Source: Perna viridis
Lineage: Eukaryota
Reading direction: 5' to 3'
Length of the DNA: 64,000 nt
Assembly: GCA_037379345.1 (NCBI GenBank)
Contig: CM074517.1
Span: forward strand, 18,786,001-18,850,000
Shown here: positions 44,501-56,304 of the stretch, piece by piece
Numbering within the stretch: the first letter of the stretch is position 1
Layout: each line of letters begins with the position of its first letter
Translations under genes and position numbers: made by a program
The notes under the pieces: generated by a model
What the model saw: only the letters and a program-made list of their open reading frames with translations
Told to the model about the DNA's origin: nothing
The model's database searches: none

Positions 44501-47500
44501 ATTTTCTGGAATGAACAATGAAAGTGGTATACATTTTCCTCACTATCCAGATGTATAGGACCCCAACCAGAATGGAACTCAGGTCTTAATTCAAACTTGG
44601 AATTCTGAAATCACCATCACACTGTGCAGAATAACTTGTTCCATAATCCTTAGATAGAAACATTTTTGGGCCAAATATTACTGAATTATCCTATTGGAAA
44701 GTGGTAATAACCCAATTCTGCTGAATGTCACAAGTTTAACAATGGAACAACTCACAAAGCTACAAATAATCAAGGGAATGAAAGAATGTAGAATGCTCAA
44801 TGTGGCTCTGTAGACCAGGATCCGATATCAGTTACTGTATTTGCATTCATTAAGGAGGTAGAACTAGGGTAAGGGACACAACTTTTACAAATCATTGGAA
44901 TGTTTGTATTCACCATTTTACAACAATTTCATGGAAACATCAAAGTAACTTGGATTGACTTCATTCTGTTTCAAAGAAAAGCTTGAAAGGATTTGGTGAT
45001 ATTGAATATGACACAAACATATCACTGATTTCAAGAGTTATGTCCCGTACCCTATCACCTTATGGAAACTATTGTATGTTGGTTTCTTAAGAGTACCCAC
45101 AAAACCCATGAAAATTGGTACCCCACTATTATAATGAAACAGTAAAATCACTATATACCCTCTTTTTCTTTTACTCCAGTAGCATTTATTCATTAGCCCT
45201 GTGCAGGTCCGGGTGTGAAAAGAATAGGCCTGCAGCAGCGCTAAGCTTGTCGTAAAAGGCGACTAAATAGTGCTCAGAACCCTAGCCAGGGGCTAGGGCG
45301 CTCTGCCCACTGAGCAACTGGGATGTGTGCCCCAGGTGGTGGAATGGGGTACCCCTGGCGTGTTACATGCTGGGGTTGTCAGGCTATAATACGGAAAACC
45401 TGACCACAAACCATAGTGGTGCACCGTGTTGGGAAAGATGCCACATTCCTCGCACGTTAAAGAACCCTACTGTGGTATTCTCCCAGAGTAGGAACCATAG
45501 AGCTCCGCCACAGGAGGCTAAATTGCCCAACCCTACCCACCTCTCCCTATTTCCAGTGGCAATCAAAATTTGTCGACCCCATTGTCCTTGTATCCCATCC
45601 CTTTTTCATTTCATTATCATTTCATGTTCATTTTATCATCAATTTCATGTTCATCGTCTGAATATAGCTGAAATATTGCTGCTCGGACGTTAAACCCCAA
45701 CAAACAAACAAACAAATTTATTCATTAAAACCATATTCTTAACTAGACCTACCGTTGGCTGAGCTGTATTGGTACCATTTAACAAGCCCATTCATGTTCA
45801 CACTGAACTGCCAAAACAACCCACTTTTAATACTGCTCTACTGACAGTAAGCTCCAATGAGGCAGTAAAATACAGCTCAACGGTTCAGATTATTAGGTCA
45901 TAAATCATCTTCATGGTGAAACTGTCCATTTTTATTACTTTCCTTGTGACAAAAAAGGTAAGAAGTTTTTTTTTCTCTGACAATAAAATTTTCTCAGAGG
46001 AATAAAAGTAGACCAGAATAACACAAGGTCTTACCTGTCATGACCCTCTACAAAATTCCTTAAAAATTATAAATGGCTTTGAGTTTATCTGTAAAATCGA
46101 TGTCCTATCATTGAACCAATTATCTTGTCAAATTTTTCCAATTGATCTGTTTTAATACAACAATATGGCGAGCAGGATAAGTCTAGAATGATGCATTGGA
46201 GTGATGAAAGGGAACTTTGGAAATGACCATTGATTTGTGGAAATCTAGTTGTCTCAAAGACAATTGAACCCACTGAGATACTTCAGTTCATGTAAACAAA
46301 AGTAGAAAAAGGCCATAAATAGAAATTTTCTGAGTCTATAGAGAAATAAAATAAGTTATGAATGAATGAAAAGCTTGAGTAAAAGAAATAATCTGATGAG
46401 TATTAAGCATTGCTGGATTTAGGTTATTCATAACATGTATCAAAATCAACCAATAAGCCTTTGATGTTCTCTGTAGGTTAAATTGAAGTCTAAAAACCAT
46501 AAACGATTACACCATCTCAAGAAAAACAAAACGGTATATAGAAAATAAAACAATTTCAAAACTGCACAACCACCACCTCTCAAATCCAAAAGAACCATAT
46601 TCAAGTAGTGTACATTGACTAGACCTAGAATTTCCTGAAGACAGAATTACATTCACTTACCAGAGAAAGATGACTATTAAAGGGCAGCTGAACCTGTTGA
46701 CCTTTTTAGTATTATACTTTACCCAATCCTCCTGTCAATACATCGATAAACTCTTAGCTATAATTAGACCTAAGAACCTTTTCTTGGAGCATGAAAAACA
46801 TATAATAGCAAAAAATAAAATCAATGTGTTATTGATATATCTGAATACATCCATAAACATACATAGTCTCCAAACATTTCCAAAAGTCTCATTGCTAAAA
46901 GTCCAAGCTGCAATCACAGACCTGTATCAAAACAGTAAGCAAGATTCATGATGCCAATCCTAATTTTACTGGTTTTAGCCCATATTATTATATGGATAAA
47001 AATTCAAATACATGTACATGTAACAATTCACTGATCACTAAATTTTAAAATTTATGTAGAAAATAGCAATACATCACTTAAAACTTTTTTCGGCTCTTCT
47101 AACCAAATTTTTGTTCTTCAGTCTTCAATTATTTAATTAATCTTATTAGTGTTTATTGTCATATAAGATTTTGAAGGAATGAACATTTTTATTAAATTAT
47201 TTCACTTCAAAGAATAAAACAATACCTAGATTGCAAAGGGACATTTTCCAAGTAAAAATTTAAATGCTTTTAATAATACTTGTATGCTAGATAATACATG
47301 TAATAAAATCTGTAATCAACAAAATAGATACCTGTATGAACTTAAAAGAATTGTGACGCAGAAAAATTCAAATCTTTATTTTTTTATTTAAAAGTATCCA
47401 GTAAAATAGCTTTGGCAAAATTTTTAATTAAGTCAGCAGGTATTCCAGTAAGGCAAAATTCATAAGTATCAATACTTAAAAAAGCAAAATACAGGTGCAA

Positions 47501-50500
47501 TCAAACAATAAATTGTGAATTACCTGAAGTTTTAAAAGTAAAATCCTGAAATCCAAAACTCATTCAAAAGTATCTAGTATCAAAGGAAGTTTTTACAATA
47601 TTTTTCACTATGGACATTCCCAGGGACATCATGTTAACATTAACAGATTTCAATACATACAACCAATATATCTTCTATAACAATACTGGTTCCTGACATG
47701 GGATTGATTTTACTCTGCAGGATGACAGTGTTCAGTTAATAATGTAATGAATTAATTCCTGATGCAATTATTTCACTGCTTGCAATGATAATGGGACAGT
47801 ATTGTTTCACTCTGAAAGCGAAAATAGTAATCCATCATATTTATATATAAGGGGAAGGACAAACACTAAATATTCTATCAGATTAATGACACAAGACACA
47901 AGGCCAAATTCATGAAAGACTTTATCCAACAATTAATTGATGGTATGAACTAACAACAATGTATTGAAGTTTAATCCAACAATAGTATAAATGAACTTTA
48001 AACAAGATAACACAAGAAAACCTGTGAGCAAATCACTTAAGGATACACCCAGCTTCCCATCTATAAACTATATGCTTAAAATATTTAAAAAAAAAAAAAA
48101 TGTCAAACAGGAAGTTAAAATCCCTAGAGCCTAAAATCCAATTCCACAATATGGCACACCCATGTAAAGCTTCTGTGAAAATATCAAGTGGCTGTGTGAT
48201 CAGTTGTTGCAGTGTTTACAGAAAACTATTACAAAAAAAGGTGTAAAGGGATAAACAGACAAACAGACTTCATGGAAACCAAGATCACTATATACCTCCT
48301 GCTTCCAAAACTGGGGTAAACGATTTACCTAAGGACAAAAGTAATCAGCTGGCATTTCAGATTGGATTATTGATGTGTTCATATAATAAATAGATGTAAA
48401 ATAACATGTGCATTGTATGCAAACAAACAGTGTAATGGTTGCTTGGCAGATTGACAACAAGTTGTGTATGTTCAGTAAATAAAAGTTTTTATCACTGGAG
48501 GCAGCTAGCAACATATAAAGTGAGCTTCACTGGTTATAACAAAAGTACTTGTGTGTTTAAATTCACAGAAAAGCCAATTCAATTATAACAATGTATATAA
48601 TAATAAAGTTTTGCATTATATCATCATGGACTATTGAATAACTATTTTTGTTGGAACACCTCATTATTTTCTCCTGAAATAAATCTAAGGTCCAGGTAGT
48701 TAAGCTGACAAATTTTGACCTACAACCTCCAACTTATGACAACCAACTTGACATACTACAGTTTAATTATACCACCTTCTACAGCAGTCAATGTCCCATA
48801 ACTTTAAATGAAAATTTAAAGAGCAAAGAAATTCCAATTAAGACAAACATACTTCCAAAATAAAAATTATTGTGAGTTTGTCTACAGTTATGGGTACAGA
48901 GGGCACTATACTGGAACAAATCAGTCAAAAACTAGCATGTTAAAACATCTTAGGGTTTTCATCTTATCACTAGATATTTTTAATTCAATTTCACCATAAC
49001 CATAAAATAAAATCTGTAAATGAAAATTAACTATGCATTGCACATGTTGGATGAGACACCTACATGTATAAACAAATACCGGTAATCATTATATATTGAC
49101 TAAATCTTTATATACGTTGTATAAAACTACCAGAAACATATAATTATATATTTGGGCCTAATCATGATAGGCTTCAATTTATGTCAATAGTCACAAGTGG
49201 GTGAAAAAAAATTACCTTTGAATTCTCTCAAAAATCTAGGCAACAAGATAGTAGGAAGGATCAAAGACAATTTAACATCGCCTGATAAATCAAAAACCAA
49301 CTTGACAAATACAATGACATGGAAGAAAGTACACTTTACATGTGTGTTAAAATCCTCATCTCTTATAAACTTAACATGATTTTGTCATAAAATTTAATTA
49401 CCTAACCATACCCATTCATATATGAAACTTTTATGAGAAACAACTTGGAGTCCATATTTGTTAACTTTTCTGGTTAAAATCTTTTATTTCCAAAGTTTTT
49501 TTTTTCCTGTTGTAAGACTCCCAGACTATAAGTATTTAGATAAACTGGTCAAATTCTTAAATTTGCACTGAACAAACTAATTAAACATACAAGTGCTGAT
49601 TTTTAAACTCAATTTTATTTCTTTTCAATGATATATTATTTGTCCTATCCATTTGCATGTCTCAGATTAAAGATCTTAGGCCTACATACATTTGTACAAC
49701 GCATGATCTTTACCAAACACACCCACATTAAATTACAAACTTCAGTCCACAACACCTTTACTTTCTGATTTGAAGCTGCTCAACTATTTAGAATCTGCTT
49801 TCATAAAAATTATGCTCAATATGAAACACCTCCATCACACTATTTATGTCATTTTGTCAGAATGCTGTTTTGTTTTGAAAAAAAAATGCCTTTCTCCCCT
49901 ACCAGTAGTAGTATAATTTTTCTTTAAGTCTTTATTCTTGAAAAAAAAACTTTCTGTTGAGATTCAGGTCTAATGGGAAAATGTCAGAAAAAGGGAGTTT
50001 AATTCCTGGAACTATAGTACATTTCAATTCAATATAATGATGATTCCTAAGCTCTTCCATTCTAACTTGAATTATCATTTCAATAATTCTGATCATTTAG
50101 TGGTCTATCCAATAAATCATTTTACATAACATTTTGACAACGCTATAAACAAGTTAAATGTGTTAAAAAGACACCATTATTAAGATTGAGCATAAGATCA
50201 AAATACATGTACATCAATATTACAGTATAGGTGAGTTTTCAAATCAAGTGATGAACTTACATTTCAAATAAGAAATATAACACAGAAAAAAAAACTAAGT
50301 GCTTGTCACAGAGAGGTCCATGCTAAATGGTTCAGAAGCACTGATAAATTCATCATACTTTGTGTGGAGAATATACATTATATCCCCAATTTGTTTTGAT
50401 CATATTCTAAAGAATAGATTTGCTAATCAGTGCCACTTATATATAGGCCACTATCAAGTAAAAAGGACATTGAAAAAAAAAAGAAGTTTTTTGGCATTTT

Positions 50501-53500
50501 TAAATATTCTCAAAGAATACACTGAATTTCTACTTATATTCCTAAACTTGACACACTGTAGAACAATTAGATAAAACTTAAATTATTTGGCATTTTGCCA
50601 AAAACCACAACAAATATATAAACTGTGTTATTCTGAAAAATGATTTTTTCTTAAATTAAAAAAAAATCTTTAATTCCTTCACTCTATAAATACATAATCA
50701 TTGTCAAAGAATATCAGAATAATTTCACATATCATTATAGTTATAGTGAGAACTCTCTAATGACTTAAACATTAAGGATATGAGTTAAGTACTACACAGA
50801 AAAACCTGGTAAGCTATTCCATGATCTACTATGAAGAAATAATAGAATATAATCTCCTTAACTCAGAAACCAGTTAAAATCACAATAGTTTAGGAACTGT
50901 GTCACTGGTTAATCTATTCCGTAACAAAATATTTGAAAAAGAGATAGGAATAATTAATGAATAAGCACATTTTCCTACTAATGGGTCGATCAGTGGGATA
51001 TATCACCAATGATTTAAGAAAAAAATATACATTTGTACAGCTCTCGGCAACTTAGAATTTATTTTGACTTTAAGCTTCAGGTCACTTTGTGCAATAAAAA
51101 TTAGATTCATTTATTTTATTTGTAACATTTAAATTGAATTTTAACATTGTGAATCACAAAATCTAATTATTTATTGGTAGTTTAGAAAAGATTTCATTAT
51201 GATATATTACGTAATAGATTTAGTTTTTACAACAGATCTACTAAAACCTTATTAAATGGTTTAACAGCCTAATGGAAGGAGAAAAAAAAATCTTAATTCA
51301 TTGGCAATAACCACAGTGGATAAGGTTAGAAGCAGTTACATTATCTTCCAGGATTATCTTATAAATGCTATGCATTATTACCTTAAGCAAGTATAAATTC
51401 ATTCATACTGCAACTGTTCTATTTGAGCAGTCAAAATGCATTGATCATATATTTACAAGTGATATATGATTACTGACTGACTGTAACTTTTCAATTAAGA
51501 TGTCTCAAATGTTGTATTGATTTTGAAGATGCCAGGATGATGACTGCTTTGAATAAAAAAATGTTGCTTTCCTTAAAAAACTTCATTTTTCGTTAAAAAT
51601 TTTGTTGCAGTATACACAAAAGCAGTGCACTTACTTAACAAAAACTTTGGTGAAAGTGCTATACACAGCCTCACATTTTCCCTCAGTACTAAGCCTCATT
51701 TCTATATCAGTTTTATGTCAAATCATTGTACTGTTATTGTTAATATAAAAAAATCAGTGAAACTTATTTTGGTAAGGTTTATTTTCTTGTTCATGAAAAA
51801 TATTGTTAATATATAATTTAAACAACTGAAACGTAGATTCAAACTTTAGTATATGGTCAAGTAGTTGCAGGAAAAAGTTACGAAAAAGTTGTGACAGACA
51901 GATGGACAAAAACCATATCACACTTTGGAGCTGTGGTTTAATAAATTCCCAAAATAGTTCATACTGGAAAACATGGCATTTTTTTCAAAATTTTTCACAA
52001 AGTAATCTCATGACCTAACTGGTATTAAATACCGGATATATGGAATGGAACTATGTCAACATATTCAGTAATTACAAAACAGGCTAACATCAAAACTCTA
52101 TTACATGTACTACATTGCAATATCGACAAAGCATAAAACATTTCTAAAGTGACAAGACCCTTACAACTTATCAATAGGCCTTTTCAAAAGATTTTAATGA
52201 AATGTTTCACACATAATTAAATTGACTCCCACCATCCTGTCAAGCTCACCCAAAATAATACTTTATTTTTTATCTTCTCTACTTAAAGTTTTTGACAGAT
52301 TAATACAGTAGATGATATTTCTGTCACTAATTTTTACATTCTTTGGCAACATGTATATTTTTTATTGATGTCTTGTTAATCTCCTTTAAGAACTAACAAA
52401 CACTTTATATGTTAGTCAAAATCAGGGAGGTGAAGTCAGCTTACTCAATCCATCTCTATTTCTTTTAACTAGAACTGCAAAACCAAGTTTTAGCTATGTA
52501 TGGTGTTTCTAGTAACAATTAAACAACATAGAAAATCCAAGGCATTGACACATAAAATGTAATATATAATCTTTGAACTATATAGTACTATAATTTGGAA
52601 ACATACAGTAATAGTTGGCACAAAGTAAAATTAATCCCAACATTTCTTTGTTTTGTTCCAATGTAATGTTAAAATCATTATGATGTCAGAAAAAAAGAGA
52701 GGATTTTGCTACATCAAAAGTAGATGACTCAATATATGTTCAAAGTTCCCTAACAAATCAACTAAATTAGGATCCAATCAAAGAGTTATTTCCCTTTATT
52801 TCAAAGTTTCTAGAGCTTTCTATACAATCATTCATGACAGACTAATTTTTGTATTAAAGGTCTTTTGAAAATTTCGAAAATTAAACTGCCACAAAATATT
52901 CAGTATTTTAATGCATTAAGTCGAAACAAACCTATCCCTACAGATATTGTAATGAAATGATAAATATAAATCATCGATAAAAGGCGACATGATGTACCAG
53001 AAGGCATGGTGGGAGGAAATAATATACATGACATTAATTTCCATTTCCAGCAAGGAATTACAACATGGATAAATTTAACTTCATAACAATTAATGAACCT
53101 CCCTGATTGTAATCATGATGATAGGAAGCAGTTTTGTAGTGTTAACATTAATCCTGTAGCAACAAAACCCTGTACTTCTATTGACATGAATTCCAGCCAT
53201 AATAGCAGAGAATGAAAGGCCATATCTATAGATGGTTAACTAAAAACCAGGTCACCACGACATTATCCCAGGATTTAATTACTCTAGTCTATCCTAATTA
53301 CACATCTTTTATAGTAGTCTCATCTAAAATCTATATGGATTTTTTCCAAAGCTATTTTCATAATTAAGAATTAATTGAAGAGGACAAAAAAATTTGTAAG
53401 ATCATGTTTTGGACAAACAAACTAATTTGTTGTAAAGGAAGCATGGCAAAGCTTAGATACAAAACCATTTGGAATGGCTGTTTGGTACAATCTCCTGATA

Positions 53501-56265
53501 TTAATGAGTAAACATTCTAATATAAAACAAACATTTAAAAAGACTTATCACATAAAAAAATAAATTACCAATTAATTCTGACCAAAGTTAGCTTTCAATG
53601 AGGTCATAAATCACTTCAAATAATGATTTACTTCTTAACAATAATAAATTTCATTTATAGCCATAGTTTTTCATTTTCATTTCTTACACATGTTTAAGGC
53701 CATAAAAATTATATGCAAGTTTCCTGCAACCTACCTATACTATCTTTTTTTGTGCCTAACCATAACATTTTATGACCATTTTGGCTCAAGCACAGTCAAA
53801 GTCTAGATAGTTTCTCCATTAACTCATTGTTAAATACTTTTGAAAAATAAAAAATTTTCCATACCTACCTATCCAACTTATTTGTTACTGCTGGCAGGAA
53901 ACAAGAGTTATCATTTACATTGGCCTTATTTATAAATAATGCTAGCATAAATATATGGTAACAATGAATACACTTAAAATCCCCCTACCTTCCTATGGCA
54001 CCATTTAAAAGCCTACTGTAAAATATAAACTACCAAAGACACACTCTAAACACAAAAAGAAAAGACTAGAATCCAAAGGGAACTAGCCAATATTGTTATT
54101 TAATATTATGTCTGCCATACTTGTAGCAGATTATTATGATTCTGTCAGAGATTTTTAACATTTCTTATTTAACACTTTGAATGTGTAAAAGCAAGTAATT
54201 CACACATTTATAAATAAGTAGGAGTATCCTCTGAATTCAATCAATGACAACTATACTCATACATAGTTGATAGTTTGCCATTTTAACTACTAGTACAGTA
54301 GATATGATGCTATTCAACAGCCATTGTCAGTATTACACCAATCGAGCACATGACACACACAAAATAATAAATCTACAATTCTAAGTTAACAATAGGTTAT
54401 AAAATATAATTATAAAAAGTCCTTGACCCTTACCTTCACCAATGTCCTTGATACTCTTCTTGAACTTTCTTTTGGGTATATCATCAGATTGTGCTGAGTC
54501 AGTAGAACCCGTCTCCCACTGTCTGTCATTCTCAGCAGTTTTACAATCATAATTGCCATCCTTATTAGAAGTAGTCCCCTGATAATGCGTAGAGTGTTTA
54601 CTGGAAGATGAGGATTTCGAGGCTGCAGGCACCATAACATCAACATGGGTCAATCTATTTTCTGACCCCACACGTCTTTGGTCATGTGCCACTTGAGAGG
54701 TAGGTTCGTTGAGAAATCGGATTTCAGTTTCCCTGATGGCTCTTGTGTCTGTTAGTGTATTTTGCATGGTATTAGAAGGTGAGTTTGGACGTATGTAAGT
54801 TGTATTTATAGGCCCTGGGGGTAAATCGGTGTATGTACCATCAGGATTTATCTCCCTTTGTTCTTGACGCTCTCTGAAGTCCACTCTTTTATTTCCTGTT
54901 GTATCATCGTTTTCATCATCTGAAAAATCAAGAGATTTAATGTCACACACAGTGAAGCAGATATGTTGTTGTTAGCAAGTTCCATTCAAACGATTTACAA
55001 ACATGGAACTTGTTAAACATTAATTAGCAAATAATCTATGCATTTCTGGATAAGAGCATTTGTTCAATTGATTAAGCCTTCTTTGTACTCTTCCATCATG
55101 CTGATTTAGAGAATGCAACAGTAAAGTGAAACTAAAAAGTGCACAGGGTCAACAAGAAGTAGCAACCACTAACTTTAAAGCATTAAAGTATTTCATAAAA
55201 CTTTGGTATGATCAAGATTTGAACCTTACATATCATGCATTTAAGGAACATGAGCTACCACTGCATCACTGAGTAAGTAGGGTAGATTCTTTGAGCAACA
55301 ATAAAAACCTTACCTTTTCTAATGACTTTTCTTTGTTCTCTGTTTCTCATTATATTACTTCTTCCATAATTGTCCACAACAGCCTGTAAAAATAAACAGT
55401 TTTACCACTATAACACCATACATCCATAAATATATCATATCAACATGACCACATCAAGAACAATTCTTGTGAATGCATGATAAATCATAGAACCAAATGT
55501 AAATGCTCCATCTTTCAAAACTATTTGCATGAAGATTTACATATTTTCCAATCATTTTGAAATCAATAGCACTTGTACCTAATAGAGTTCCACCATGAAA
55601 TGAGAAATGAAAAAAAAATCGTTCAAATTTTTAAACAATGCATCAATAGCCATAGAAAGGCCCCATAAAGTCTTAAAGAAAAACAATTGTCACATTTTAA
55701 TAACTACTTCAGAGATGTTATTGTAAAATAAAGTTTAAAAATATTGATTTCATTTCAAAGTAAATACAAGATATTAAAAAATTATTTATCTCAGGTATCC
55801 TGTAGGTATAAATGGACGCAGAGTTTCAGGAGTAAAATTCAATAAAATGCAATTACAGTTAGAGTTAAAACCAATACAGAATAAAAGTGAATGTTCGACA
55901 ATGTATACTTTTAAGTGATTTGTATAAGATTATTGGATTAAGTAAAAATAACAATGAAATAATCTATTTCTATAATGAACATCGAAGCATGTTATATTAT
56001 GTGCCTGTGTTAGAAGGACTCAGCTCCAATTAAGTCTGAATTTGACCTAGTCTTATTTTGAGGTCTGCCATAAACATATGACAACAACCAATATTTGTTA
56101 TTGTTTACTCCAATACATGTATAACCCCTGCAAAGAAGGGCAAATGGGCCCAAAGTAAAACAGCTTGAGCACCTAGTCAAAATTTTACTTGCATATATAG
56201 CTAACTTTTGGAGAATTATTTACATAACAAATACAAAATGATCTTTTCACCGACTTTCATAAACT

Positions 56266-56304
<39 letters not shown>

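Noticed and set aside
45196-45275. HDV-like ribozyme reading of the SINE head (the CTAA after a hairpin resembles J4/2)
   Set aside because: Only about 5 nt separate the would-be P2 5' strand from P4, leaving no room for P3, L3 and the P1 3' strand.
45325-45693. 122-aa and 60-aa ORFs
   Set aside because: They lie within the GC-rich SINE, have no recognisable protein features, and are expected by chance.
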